Notes under the pieces: model-generated
What the model saw: only the letters and a program-made list of their open reading frames with translations
Told to the model about the DNA's origin: nothing
Database searches by the model: none
Shown: positions 1 to 13,558 of the stretch, in pieces
Layout of the letters: every line of letters starts with the position of its first letter
How positions within the stretch are numbered: position 1 is the first letter of the stretch
Position numbers and translations under genes: made by a program
From: Octopus bimaculoides
Taxonomy: Eukaryota
Assembly (NCBI RefSeq): GCF_001194135.2
Contig: NC_068990.1
Location: forward strand, 33,641,342-33,705,341
Direction: 5' to 3'
Length of the DNA stretch: 64,000 nucleotides

Positions 1-38
<38 letters not shown>

Positions 39-57
39 GCACACATTTAATTTTATA

Positions 58-185
58 GGAAGAGTCAGCGGTTGCTCAAGAATTTCCATGATTTCACCAG
101 CTCCAATTTCAGTCTTCCTAATTCCCTGATTGTAATCCCATGGATTACAATGTGTGAGGCATGGTTGAGAAAGGCACCAACTGGA
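58..185 (+). mobile_element. Tc1/mariner-superfamily transposase C-terminal fragment (decayed)
   Basis: With frameshifts it reads NFHDFTSSNF..PNS.DCNPMDYNV, resembling the WPPNSPDLNP(M/L)DY motif; same family as 16050-16970. Confidence 0.6.
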
Positions 186-330
186 GTGGTTGGTGTTAGG
201 AAGGGTATCCAGCTGTGGAAACTCTGCCAGATCAGATTTGAATCTGGTGCAGCTTTCCGGCTTTCCAGCCTTCAGTGAATCTGTCCAACCCATGCCAGCA
301 CAGAAAGCGGACTTTAGACAACAACAACAA
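186..330 (+). mobile_element. RTE-type LINE 3' tail fragment
   Basis: ccaacccatgccagcacagaaagcggactttagac followed by (caa)n; homologous to the copies at 40815, 44306 and 48472. Confidence 0.6.
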
Positions 331-365
331 CGTATGTATGTATGTATATATATATACACACACAC

Positions 366-402
<37 letters not shown>

Positions 403-3023
403 TATATATACACACATATATGTATATGCATGTGCAAATGAGAGAGGTAAGGATTGAGAGAGTTCAAAAAATTGGTAATTAATTTCCCATGCTTATCATA
501 CCTGTTACTTAAGGTATGATAAGGTGTGGAGATGCCTAAATTATCTTTCTAGAGGACCCTTGCTTCACCACTGCAAAGTATTGATCTACTGGCAGAATGT
601 CCATGTATTAGTAAGTGCACATGTATTAACAGTATATAGGGATACTCTATCAAGTTATTAACAGACTATCAGGGTACTGATACTATCCTTGTTTTAAAAT
701 ACTAGATAATATTAACATATTATCAGGATGTTGATGGGCTAAGAGCGTGTGAATGTAGTGTGTAGATATAGTATTTTCCTGGTATTGCTATATTAACAAG
801 GTGGTTACCTACTATCTAATTGATGACTTGTTTATTCTTCCTCCTTCACATCATACCAATGTATGTGTAATAAAGGCTGCCTTACTCCCAATTTACACAC
901 TTAAAAATAAGCACTACAGAAAGGTAAGAATTGCTACAGTGAGTAGTTGGCAATCTGTACACCTGATACATGTTGCATTGATTTGCAGTCCTAAGCTGAC
1001 ATCCTACCTTACTTGCCGAAGTATTCCCCTGAAATTAATATGGAAAAATCACTTATTGATGGATTAATGTGATTAAGAAAAGTTCAGCACTTCATTTCAT
1101 TTACCACATTTGCATTGTATAAATAAATATTGATTAATTGATTGATATATCCACACACACACAGGCACAGGAAAACACATGCATGCATTCATATTGAGAC
1201 ACAGAAGATATATATATATATATATTCTCAGAGAGCTCTTACAGACCAACAGAATGTGGCCAGGAATAGATATTATTGAAAATGGTTTTGTCTAAGTAGA
1301 AAGTAGCATTCCAAAGTGGAAATAATGAAGTGGTGTGTGTCTGTGTATGTGTGTGTCTGTGTGAGTACACTTCCTTGTTATAAGAAGACATAGAGATGTG
1401 CCATATTCTACTAATAAGTCTAACAATGTCTATTGTGGTTGCAGTCTTGTCTTCAGACATCGCCTGTGTGTAATTTAGAGGTAAAACAGGTACTTCTATT
1501 CCTCCAGATCTTTCATCATGTCTCAATTATATCTCAAAAATCAGACTTCCCCTTCAGCTACTGAAAATAGCTCAGGTCTGATTAGTTACTACCCCCTTCA
1601 CATCATTCACATAAGAACCACACTGGAGTTCTGCCTAACACATATATTGCACAATATTGCTGCTGCTGCCACATACACGTGCATGTACATGCACATGCAC
1701 ACATACACACACAAAACTTATGCAAATACATTGGAGTTCTCACAAATATCGGACAGTGATGTTACTACAAACATACATACAAACATTCAAAAGAAGACCA
1801 TATCACTGATTAACAATGACTTAATACAATAGAAACCTTTAACTGTTCTTCTCTTATCTTCAGCAACCATTACTGTAATTGCTTCAGTACAAACCTTCAC
1901 CATTTCTCTCCTTTAGGGAATCAATGGCAGCAGTATCTCAAAGCTATTATTTGCTATTACACAGTTTCAAGTTATAGAAAGGGGTATTTTGAAGCAAAAC
2001 ACAGGACAAGCAGTCTCTCCTATTGGAAAACCTGTCATAGAAAATATTAATGGGTACACTGCCATCTTTCATATGGTGGCTGTATCTAAGATGGAGAAGG
2101 AATTATTGATAAAAAAGCCTGTAAGAGCTGAGGATATGTGCTTCTTCAAAGGGTTTATTATAGCACCTGGTGTTGCCATCTGATTCTTTTAATTTAATTT
2201 ACTAACATTCTTTTAATCTTATGCTACAGTTTAAGCCTCACACCTGTAGAAGATAATTCTGAGTACTTAAGCTGGTAAGTACAGACATCTGTGAGCAGAA
2301 GGAACCACACTCCAAGCTCTCCTGTCTGGTCTAGATATAGTAGTGGGAATCCTGCCAATGCACTGGTCAATCTCTATCTCAACTGATTGTTTAGCTTGGT
2401 AAATTGAATACTAATACAACTCTAAAGTTATAGAGGCCAATGGAGATAGAAATCAAGAGAGAGAATAAAGGATCAACATCAAGAAGAAGAATCCTAATAA
2501 AGGTGAAGAATGCAGTTCTCTTTTATTCTTTCGAGAAATGTTAAAAATTATGAGTAATGATATCAATAAGTTGTGTCATGAAAGGAACAAATGATGTACA
2601 ACAAACATAAATGAATAATACTCAACAGTTTTGTAAGAGGATAGTTAAAATATACTATGGGTATGCTTGTAGACCAATGATCAATGAAATTACTGAGGTT
2701 TAAATGCTCATGCAGCTCGAAGACTGATGCTCTCCCAAAACTCATTACACCTTAAAGTCTCAAATAACTCAAATCCTCAGGTACATCAAATGTTCATGCA
2801 TTTCGGAAACTGATGCAATGTTTTTACTCATGCAACATAAAGATCAATGAAGTTCTATGACTCATTAGTCTTGAAGAATAATGTAGCTCAAGGAATCATG
2901 CAGCTCAAAGGTTAAGGTTAAGACAAAGGACTCAAGAGAAATTCTACTTAGAAGATGGAACATTACAGAATCTCACATGAGCCTAGATGCACTTATACAA
3001 CTATGATCCACAGTTGTATCTAC

Positions 3024-3333
3024 ACATGGATTAGTGGTTAGGGCATTCGGCTCATGATCGTAAAGTCGTTCAATTACCGGCGACACATTATGTCCTTAAG
3101 CAAGACACTTTATTTCACATTGCTCCAGTCCACTCAGCTGGCAAAAACAAGTAATACCCGTATTTCAAAGGGCCAGCCTTGTCACACTCTGTATTATGCT
3201 GAATCTCCTTGACAACTATGTTAGGGATACACATGTCTGTGGATTGCTCAGTCACTTGCACGTTAATTTCACGAGCAGGCTGTTCCGTTGATCGTATCAG
3301 CTGGAACCCTCGTCGTTGTAACTCACAGAGTGC
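3024..3333 (+). mobile_element. tRNA-derived SINE, family C
   Basis: Pol III A-box-like tggattagtggttagg head, central ttgctccagtccactcagctg core, tail ggaaccctcgtcgttgtaac shared with 41639-41878. Confidence 0.8.
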
Positions 3334-4217
3334 TTCTTTATCTACGAGTAAAAAGTACACAGCTCTTTGAGCTTCGTTAATTGATTGGAAGTGTGTAAGT
3401 GACAGAAGTGCATCACCCACATACTGAAATTCACTAATTAAATTTTCTTAAAAGTATCACTTCTGATATAGAAAGTATATGTGATTATGGATGTTCACAC
3501 ATATACATGTGGGTGTGAGTGCATTCTTCGAGAATTCCTGGTTCCAACAGAACCATGGATTCTAGTTTTCCAATCCTGCACAGCTTGAAAATCCAGAATC
3601 CATGTATGTGTCTCAGATCACAAAGATTGTAAAATGCTTGGCATTAATTCATTAGAATTTGTTTTAACATCTGCAGACAATTGCATGGTTTTCACCACAA
3701 CAATTTGAAACTGGAATTTAATTTGCATAATTACTTAAAAGTTGTTACAATGTATCAACATGACATATCTTTATGACACAAACATCAAGTTCTGCAGTTG
3801 GTATGTGGTTTTGTTGTAGTTGTTGTTGTTGAGTGACTTCAATCAATCATTTGTTCAATGACCCCAGTCAGTCATTATAAAAACAAAACGAAATTCATTT
3901 TTGAGAGTAAAAGCAATTTTGTTTTGAAAATTGTTTTCATGGTAGTTTAAATAAGGTGCCATCATTTTATTGTTTGGCCATCACTGTAGATGGCATTGTT
4001 GTTCATCATTTATACTGATGGCATTTCAGTGTTTGTCTGCAATTATTCAGAAGCTGACATACCAAAGAATTATTAAAAGCTTCCAAGCTGCACCAATTTG
4101 GTTTAAACCTTGTCAAAATGTCTGGAACAGTGATTCCAATCTTTTAGATTTAATCATGAAGTCAAACAAAAGATTTGGAAGACATTCAAAAGTGTTCTAT
4201 CTGAATCTACTGCTGTG

Positions 4218-4292
<75 letters not shown>

Positions 4293-4597
4293 TTAATCTA
4301 TAGATTCTTGTATTCAACTAAATGTACATGATTCATGCTGTCTCAGTTAAAACAAGAGCAGAAATTCCTTTTGTCAGAAACTGGCAGTTACTGCTGCAAA
4401 GAAAGTACCTGAACGATATATACACAAGAATTAGATGTACATACATATGTATAAACTTACATGCGAACATATATGCATATGCAAACATATATACAAATGT
4501 ACACATGATATACTAAAAATTCTAATGTATTGAACTCTTTATTGTATAAGTTGTCTCAGTCTTCTGTTGAAGAGCTTAATATATATTACATGTATAT

Positions 4598-4960
4598 TAT
4601 TACATATGGACGAGGACAGTTGTGTGAAGAAGTGTCACACTCAAATGGCGGAGGGAACCTGCAGAAGAGGTAGAGCCAGGAAGACACGTGATGAGGTGGT
4701 GAAGCACAGTTTCTGAATGTTGGGCTGCATGGAGGCAATAACAACTGACCGAGACCTCTGGCGATATGCTGTGCTCATGAAGACCTGTTGAGCTGAGTGA
4801 AATTGTAGCCATGACTGATGCCAGCGCAATGAGCTGGGGGACTGTGTCTGGAATCTATGTTTGCTTTGCATGGTTTTCTAATGGCTTGATGCTCATTCTA
4901 GCATCAAACACTTTATAGAGTGTGCTGGCTGCATTTTTATGATGCCAGGACTTGTAAGGC
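4598..4960 (+). mobile_element. RTE-clade LINE 3' end (decayed ORF2 C-terminus plus tail)
   Basis: Translates HMDEDSCVKKCHTQMAEGTCRRGRARKTRDEVVKHSF*MLG...TDRDLWRYAV, the typical RTE 'GRGRP(R)KTW...DR..WR' terminus. Confidence 0.75.
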
Positions 4961-6321
4961 TTCTAAGTTACTTCCCAGACAAAGAAAAAGAAGAAACCTT
5001 CTCAAGTGGATAGAATTGTAGTAGAGGAGGAGGTGGCTTTATGCCTGGTATTGAGTGGCTAACATCTGACAGAAGTAGAAGGACATGAACAATTGTCTTG
5101 CTAAAGAAGAGATATGGCTCCCTCACATTATATAGGAGTAAGTGGGAGCTGGTGGAAAGAAGCTTAGAATATAAATCTATACATGTGTGTGAGTATATAC
5201 ATACATACATATAATTTCAATACAAAACAAATAATTCAGGAGAAAATATTTGCTAAGATGTTATTGACTCTATTAGTATCTAGTGTAACAATTTAAAAAT
5301 GATGAATAATATAGGCGATTGGAAGCCCCCAAAATGTATTAAATTGCTGAAGGATTAAACTTTTGTAGTCATTATCAGTGTATTTTGGTGATTTAAATAA
5401 GAGTTTTGACTGTTATTTCAAGCAGGTAGACATACTTAGTATGTCCTTTGATTAAGTTTATATATATACACACACATACACACCAATCTTGTCACCCAGA
5501 AGACGGAGACCGGATTTACCATAATGTTTATATGCATCCACTACCCATTGCATATTCTTGACTCTATGCGAACTACAAGTGCCAACATTATCAAATAATT
5601 CTGAACCTCCGGAGACTGGTGTCAGACATCTAATATCATAACTTCTCCTCTTAGTTTTCTGTGTTTTTGTACTCTGTGTAAATCTGCTCTGTTAATATAT
5701 AAATATCTATATATTTAACCATGAATGTTCATTGTTTAAATATATTCAGTGTTTGTTTGTCTCTATTTGCAATTATATATGTATATATATATATATATTA
5801 TATATATAGCCCAAGCTTGTTTATTTGCTAATTTGCATCATTATTATATATATNNNNNNNNNNNNNNNNNNNNNNNNNNNNNNNNNNNNNNNNNNNNNNN
5901 NNNNNNNNNNNNNNNNNNNNNNNNNNNATATATATATATCATACATACATGTATATTTAATTTGAAAGCTTCACAGAATATGAAGTAGATATTTTGAAAT
6001 CAACTTTTTTAATTCTAATGCAGTTTAACAATAATATTTTCTTTAAATAACAAACATTAAATATGGTTACAAAACCATATAACCTATTGCTCATTTGTTC
6101 AAACAACAACAAAGTAATTTATATCAATTACATTGCTGCTTAGACTAAAGTTTTTATTTGTCCTTTGTATATATAGTAAATAATTTGTACATTTTATTCT
6201 TTCCCTCATAGTTCCCAGTATGTGTTAAACACAAATACAGTATTCCAATATACTATATTGGAAATCTATTATTATTATTATTATTATTATTATATCATTA
6301 TCATTATTATTATTGTTATTA

Positions 6322-6362
<41 letters not shown>

Positions 6363-6774
6363 GAGTGAGAGAGCAGTGCATGCCATCAAAGTGACACTGG
6401 GATAAAATATATGAAGCCCATTATATTCATCATGACTACCTGTCTGATAAGGGTACACCAGGCACATGCATCACAACCATATGTGCATGACATGGTGATC
6501 TCATATCAAGATAAACAGTGCATGACCTCGCAGGTGGGACCCAGTTAGAAGTTTCTTCAGGTCGAGTTGCCCATCCCACTCATCATTTCAGGGCCAATAA
6601 AATAAGTGCCATTTGAATACTGCGGTCAGTATTTCAAGATGAAATGAAGATATGTAGAAAGAAAAAATAATAAAAGCAACAATTAAAAGAAATAGAATAC
6701 AAAAAAAAAAATCAAAATATAGAGTGAGTAATCATTCTCACATCGACTATGCTCTTTTCAATATGTGTGACGTA

Positions 6775-6925
6775 CCACTGAGGTTGACTTTGCCTTCTAT
6801 CCTTTCGGGGTTGATTAAATAAGCACTAGTTACATGCTGGGGTCAATGTAATCGAATTAATGCTTTTGTCTGTCCTTGTTTGACCCCTCTATGTTTAGCC
6901 CCTTATGGGCAATAAAGAAATAAAT
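6775..6925 (+). mobile_element. SINE family B, 3' part
   Basis: gaggttgactttgccttctatcctttcggggttgat...tgtttagccccttatgggcaataaagaaata matches the other family B copies. Confidence 0.75.
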
Positions 6926-7124
6926 ATGTGTGACATAACAGTTGAAACAATCTTTCACACTTCTTGCAGGGATGGTAAACCAGGGAGTTTACCTCCTCGC
7001 CTTTCTTCATAATTAGCACTACACACTTATTTACCTAAACTGCATTTCAGTATCTTTACTGAGTACTCTCACAGCTTGTATCAAAGAGTCTAGGCCTGTC
7101 TCATTTTTTTCTTTTTCTTTTTGT

Positions 7125-7440
7125 ATTCAGCTTGAGGTTATTCATATAAGGTAGGTCATTTATTCTTATCTTAGATTTGGTAAATCCATAGCCAAACCTG
7201 AATTTTCTTAGTATACTTGTCAGGGGAACTAGTGCAATGACGAAAAGTAATGGAGAGAGTAAGTCCCCTGCAAAATGCCCCTGTGTATCTTATTATTACT
7301 CAATTTGACTCAGATTTGTTTTTATTCTTAGTAGGATTTATGTGGGTAGCTTTCACTAATCTTTCATGTGCTTAAAACCCTTCTCATAATCTTCCCTGCT
7401 TCTAAGATGCAAACTTTATGTAGAAGCTCTGCAGGACATT
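7125..7440 (-). mobile_element. R4/Dong-like non-LTR retrotransposon RT fragment
   Basis: Minus strand reads IHRGILQGDLLSPLLFVIALVPLTSILRKFRFGYGFTKSKIRINDLPYMNNLKL, compared with the R4-type GIFQGDSLSPLLF...INHLLYMDDLKL. Confidence 0.75.
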
Positions 7441-7503
7441 CTATCCCAATTTCCTTCAACCATTTGTCTATGGTTGAATATTAATATTATTATAATTATT
7501 ACA

Positions 7504-7536
<33 letters not shown>

Positions 7537-7537
7537 T

Positions 7538-7755
7538 AAGGTAGCAAGCTGGCAGAATTATTAGAATGTCGGGTGAAATGTTTAGCGGCATCTCATCTGT
7601 CCTTAAATTCTGAGTTCAAATTCTGCTGAGGTCGACTTTACCTTTCATTCTTTCGGAGTTGATAAATTAATTAGCAATAGAATACCGGGGTCGATGTGAT
7701 CGATTTAACCCCTCCCCCAAAATTTCAGGCCTTGTGCTTATTGTAGAAAAGATTA
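7538..7755 (+). mobile_element. SINE family B
   Basis: aaggtagcaagctggcagaattattagaatg...gagttcaaattctgctgaggtcgac; B-box-like GTTCAAAT; follows an (ATT)n run. Confidence 0.8.
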
Positions 7756-8497
7756 TTATCATTATTAATTTCTAAAGATTGACTTAAGTCTTCACGAAGG
7801 TAAATAAATAGTAAGAAGAGTGTGATGTAATTTGTAATAGGAACGCAGGATTTCCTCATTTATATTTTGAATTTCTGTGTTTCTGTGTTCTTTTCATTTT
7901 ATATTTTGAACCTGAAGAAGACAGATGATCTGTTTGAACTGTTAAATAAACAATCTCTGTTACAAATTGCATCAAGTACTTCTTTTTGTTCACCACTACC
8001 ACCATCATCAACATCATCATCATTATATATCACTCTCACCTACTTCTCTCCATTCCATAGCCAAGTCACCTAGTTATGTCTCAACTAAAATGATCCTCAC
8101 TCCTCTATCAGATGTCCATATAAATGTGACACACTTGGCATCTACTTCCCTCACACTACTACTATCTCAATACTTTGTGCTGAAGCTCAGTTCATTAAGA
8201 ATTAAATAACTGATTATTTTTTCAAGAATGGATGATACAGACAAAGAAATATTTCATATCGTATCAGCAAACTTGAATAGTTCTGTCATGTCTTTATAAG
8301 AAGTTCTATCATTTATGCAGCAGTCACATTTGAGCTGACTTTCAAGTGATGGAGCTATTTATAATACCTGTAATTTGTGGAATGCTTTAGGTGCTTATCC
8401 AAAACATCATCTGTTTCATGATCGTCTAAGGAACATTGGAAATATATTCTATTGATGTTTTCTGACACTCTCCTATAACCAGAGTATATATATATTT

Positions 8498-8660
8498 AGG
8501 CGCAGGAGTGGCTGTGTGGTAAGTAGCTTGCTTACCAACCACATGGTTCCGGGTTCAGTCCCACTGCGTGGCACCTTGGGCAAGTGTCTTCTACTATAGC
8601 CTCGCGCCGATCAAAGCCTTGTGAGTGGATTTGGTAGACGGAAACTGAAAGAAGCCCGTC

Positions 8661-8729
<69 letters not shown>

Positions 8730-8940
8730 TGTGTGTCTGTGTTTGTCCCCCCACCATCGCTTGACAACCGATGCTGGTGTGTTTACGTCCCCGTAACTTA
8801 GCGGTTCAGCAAAAAGAGGCCGATAGAATAAATACTAGGCTTACAAAGAATAAGTCCTGGTGTCGATTTGATTTGACTAAAGGTGGTGCTCCAGCATGGC
8901 CGCAGTCAAATGATTGAAACAAGTAAAAGAGTAAAAGAGT
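8498..8940 (+). mobile_element. tRNA-derived SINE family A, near full length, with internal (AT)n and a probable TSD
   Basis: Head aggcgcaggagtggctgtgtggtaag (A box) and ggttcagtccc (B box), ccttgggcaagtgtctt core, tail gaaacaagtaaaagagtaaaagag. Flanked by agagtatatatatat at 8481-8495 and 8936-8950. Confidence 0.9.
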
Positions 8941-9809
8941 ATATATATATATATGAAATATTTATATTAAATATTTATTCTTATATCTGTGTGTAGAATG
9001 AAGATTAATGTAATTCTGAATTTGTTTACATTTAACAACAGTAGATGTTAGAGAAAGGAGACAGCAAATATAAACTTGATGCCTGATTATGAGATTTTCA
9101 ATAGGTCAATTGAGTCAGAGTAAGTCGAAAGCTGCCAGAAAAACAGGCCTCAGGTACTTATTTTAAGGACTAATATTTTTCTCAAAGAGATTTATTGAAG
9201 AACGTTAAGTGTCTTTTTTGATGAGGAAATAAAACACTTAAGTAAACAAAGTATTGCTCCACTGAATATATTAAAAGAAAACTTGGCTGAAAGATAGGAC
9301 AATGAGAGATGGAGAAAGCAGATAATATAAACAGATTAAGAAGTCTGGTGAAATGGTTTTTGAGAACTCTATGGAAATAGAACACATTAAGACTAACATG
9401 CTGTTTACTTCTCAAGAAATGATTTGCTGTGAGCAAGTTCCTTAGTCTTTAAAACGTTAACCTTATAAGGTTTAAGGTGGCTTGTTGATTAAACAATGAC
9501 ACTTTGTATTAGAGAAAATATCATCCCTTCTCGTTATAAGTTCGTTCACCTGTCATCATTAAAGCATTTTATTATCTGAAAGTGATTTTGAGGGTTTTTA
9601 ATTATATTATTACAAATCTGATTTCTCTCTGAGGCACAAAGTTTTGATTCCTCTCTCCTAACCATCTCTGTGGTCCAAAGTACACTCTGTATTCAAACCT
9701 CACTCAAAGAAGATGTTGTCTAAACATATTTTCACTTCTTTTCCTTGGATTTCAGAATTACAAATTCTACTTTCTCTGGCTTAAAATATCCCTTCCTCAT
9801 TCTTCCTTG

Positions 9810-11030
9810 TATTTTGGTTCCCTTCATCACTCCCGAAACTCCTCATTAAATTCTATGCCCATTAAACTCTTTGACTATATCTCCTCCTACATTGGGAACA
9901 TTTCTCTTACCTTTTTCTATTACAAAGTCATCCCACTCATCAATTTAAGTTATTCACCAGAAAGCTTTCACTTGAGAGAAGGTTGGCAAAAGCAATGTTG
10001 TTGCTCTGGATATCAACAAGATTTTCCAGTGTCTGGCATGCAAATCTCCTATCAAAACTATTTGCCTACAGGTTCCACTCATATTTCATTTCTAGAATTT
10101 CTAGGTAGCTTTCTTGTCACATGTGTTAATGGAGCTCTTTCTTCTCCATTCTCAGACAATACTGGTGTTTCCCAAAGTTTGGTTTTGTTCTTCCTCACCT
10201 TCTTCTTCCTATAATATACCTCAATGTCCTACTTTCTACCATATCCAACAATGCCCACTCTTATGCCAATGACTCAACCATTCATTCTTCCACAATGTTC
10301 CTCGACCATACATCATCTCTAAGACATTTCACACAAAACCTGCAGAGACCTTATCCTTCAGTGAGACCATACCAACCTGATTTCTTTTAACTGCCAAAAA
10401 GCTCAAGCACTACTCATGTTAAAAAAAAATCTCTAGACCACACCCCAACAAAACTTGAGTGGCACTCAGAGTTCTCATAGTCATTCTAAATGCTTGCTCT
10501 CACTATCACTAAGAATTTCTTCTGTTGAAAGCATATCTTTAGTATAGCTAATACTATATCTCAAAGACTAGTGCTTATTCTTAGGACTAGAAAATATTTC
10601 AGTCCCCAAAAGCTGCTGACACTCATCAAGACTCAGATGAGGTCCACAATGGAGTGCTCATTCCACATTAAGACAGTGTTTCTGCTACATACACACACAG
10701 ATATCTTGGACTGCCTTCGCAGAAGGGCCACGTGACTAAATGGAATTTAGTCACTAGCCTCTGTTCCACTGACATGCTGTCTCCTGTCTTCGTTTTTCTA
10801 TCCCTATTATAATAGGCCTCTATTCTTCAGATCTAGCTGGTCTCATAACTCCATCAGTCCCATTCCACTGACCTTTCCCCTGCTGGTCACTCTTGGTGCA
10901 TCCAACCTTCCTGACTCTGCCATAACCACTATTCCTAGTCCAGTCAACCCAGGACATTGGTTCTTTGGAACCTTCTTGCTTATGTTGATCTGCAGCAGCT
11001 TAAACAGAACATTAATAGCATTAAGCTAAT
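9810..11030 (+). mobile_element. CR1/Jockey-like LINE ORF2 remnant (RT and C-terminal region)
   Basis: Frameshifted motifs NVVALDINKIF (cf. ALDISKAFD), VNGALSSPFSDNTGVSQSLVL (cf. GVPQGSVL), NAHSYANDSTIH (cf. YADD) and RKYFSPQKLLTLIKTQMRSTME. Confidence 0.8.
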
Positions 11031-11299
11031 GAGTCTTTGAGGACCAACAAAAGCCAAAGAACATGGGCAACACTCCTTTCTACAGACTCAAAAAGAAGAA
11101 ATAAAGTTATAATTATAAAATAAAGCCTTTACCAACACTAAGTATTTGAATGTGTGAAGATTTTTCAGGTTGACTAACCATTATTAACATATCTACAGCC
11201 ACTGGACAGCCAAGTCAGGCCACACTAATAACACTTGTTAAAATATAAGATATTATAAAAAAATCATAAGATCCAATGATAGCAGAAGGCTGTTTTCAT

Positions 11300-11557
11300 T
11301 GATGTGTGTTTCAGACAATTCACTGTTTTACACACACACAAATTCACAAACACACTCACAAATACACATGCACATATGGACACACACACAGGCATACACA
11401 CACTCATACACACATGCATACACATACACACATGCATATATGTACACTCACACACATGCGTGTGAGTGCACACACACACACATGCGTGTGAGTGCACACA
11501 CACACACACACACACNNNNNNNNNNACAAACACACACTCACAAACATGCGCATGAGT

Positions 11558-11594
<37 letters not shown>

Positions 11595-11600
11595 TACACT
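11300..11600. repeat. Compound (CA)n-rich microsatellite with a 10-N gap
   Basis: Visible CA/TA/CATG repeats; source of several HT/CV ORF-track artefacts. Confidence 0.95.
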
Positions 11601-12618
11601 TATACCTATCACCCCTAATACAGAATTTAATTTTCAGTATTTCAGTAATTTTTCCAAAATAGTTCCAGCTTCCTTGGCAAATACTTTGGGCTGACATACT
11701 CTCTGATTGACACTAGCTATACTTACAACTCAATAGCATCTCCTTTATCATTAGAAAATACTTCGGCAGTATTCTACCTTAACAAGGTAGAATTGCGACC
11801 TGTATAACAGCCAGCTTGCACATTCAGGGGTAATGCAAGCATTTTACACGCAAGCATTTTAGACTGTAATGGGAAAATTCCATTTGATGATTTGTGGCCC
11901 TTCTACTACTGTTATCACTGCTATATTCTCTATTCTATCGTTGTTTCTATTAATGGCACTATAAATCATTGTCAATTCTTTGAAATAACAAGCAGATTAC
12001 ACCTGATACACTTACCTGTTTCCACTCCATCATCCCTCCTGTCTCTTGCCTACCCCTATTAAACACGACATCCTTGCTGAGTTCCAATATCTAATGAGGG
12101 CATTGTTTGCAAATAGCACTAATAATATAAGTAGAATAAAGACAAACTGGTGATCAATACTTTTAGTAACAGCACGTATTAGATAAACAGCAGCGAATTT
12201 ATTTAGTTCTTACCTATTTTTCTTACTTACTGCACTTATAGGTTCATTAAATTTCCATAATGAAGATCTCTTTTATGCATCTCTAGAATCTGGCAGAGTT
12301 GCAACAAACCACATCAACTAAAGTCAAACAATCGTTAGTTCATATCTGTTTGTAATCAATCGTTGGTATCTGTTCTGGCAGAGAATCTCCAAAAGGTTAA
12401 TGATTTGTAAATATTTAAACCAGGAGAATGTGATGAAGTATTTATTAAGTACCTTGTAATTCACCCCTAACTTACAGTATCAGGCTTAAAATTTTCTATG
12501 GACCGAAACCAATATTCATTGTTATCATATCAAAATTGAAAGGAATCTGAAAACCTGACTCTAAATTTGAAATTAGGGAACTAAAAACTAAACAGCAATC
12601 ATCATACTATAACAATCT

Positions 12619-12783
12619 TTGGTGGTGGTGGTGGTGGTGGCGTCGGTGGTAGTGGTGATGGTGGTAGTGGTGATGGTGGTAGTAGTGATGGTGGTAGTGG
12701 TGTGGTGGTAGTGGTGATGGTGGTAGTGGTGATGTGGTAGTGGTGATGGTGGTAGTGGTGGTGATGATGATGCTAATGATGAT
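12619..12783. repeat. (GGT/AGT/GAT)n trinucleotide-type simple repeat
   Basis: ggtggtggt...ggtagtggtgat runs. Confidence 0.95.
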
Positions 12784-13410
12784 AGAAAAAAAGAATATTG
12801 AAAAAATATTCAACCTAGCAGACTGTATCAATCAGAATCAATTCAGTAACGATATACCTGAGAGGTAAATTACAGAATAAATAGACGTCCCCAAAAGTGG
12901 AATGTAATTTCACATGAAAAGAATTGACAACTTCAAAACAATTCTCTCAAACATTGACAATGCTAAAGTTTATTGTGGTTCATATTACAGTCAGCCCTGC
13001 AACTAAAAGTGCTAATAAGATTAGGTTTTTTTTTTACAGGTCTTAAGGTACTGAACACTTCAAAATGTAGCAATGGTTATTTCTGAAAAATCTCCTCCCA
13101 ACGAATACTATTAAATTTATTTAAAAGTGAAAAGAAATAGATTCCTCTAAATCTAGCTATTGTTGTTTTAATGTAATGCTGAAAGCTATTCCATGTCAGG
13201 AATGGAAATAGCTGAAATAACTGAAGACCTTACATATGAAATAGGTATGATAGCTTCGGTTTTTCAATGGATAATCATATTACATCCTGAGAAATTTATG
13301 AAGTATTCTCAAAAACAAGTTACAATAAGACTGTAGAGATTGCAGTCAGTTGACGTATGATACAATTGCCTTTTAAGTGTTGAAAATAATGGTAAGATAA
13401 CAGCCATAGA

Positions 13411-13558
13411 GCGGAGGCACGTGGCTTAGTGGTTAGGGTGTTGGACTCATAATTGTAAGATTGTGGTTTCGATTCCTGGACCAGGGCAATGCACTGTGTT
13501 TTTGAGCAAAACACTTCACTTTATGTTGCTCCAGTTCACTCAGCTGTAGAAATGAGTT
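13411..13558 (+). mobile_element. SINE family C, 5' part
   Basis: gtggcttagtggttaggg (A box), gtttcgattcc (B box), ttgctccagttcactcagctg core. Confidence 0.85.

Noticed and set aside
1013-1028. Minus-strand micro-exon candidate (tttcag|GGGAATACTTCGGCAA|gtaagg, EYFG)
   Set aside because: Only 16 nt, matches nothing I recall in CCP6, and is expected by chance in 64 kb.
3340-3425. Minus-strand segment YVGDALLSLTHFQSINEAQRAVYFLL after an aatttcag acceptor
   Set aside because: No good donor, runs into a SINE, and has no similarity to the expected next CCP6 exon.
3554-3604. Imperfect 17-bp hairpin as a pre-miRNA
   Set aside because: Stem is too short, does not extend into the flanks, and there is no expression evidence.
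5485-5625. Possible split hammerhead (cagaagacggag...ctccggagac)
   Set aside because: Both core boxes deviate (CAGAAGA, GAGA) and the halves are about 90 nt apart; too degenerate to support.
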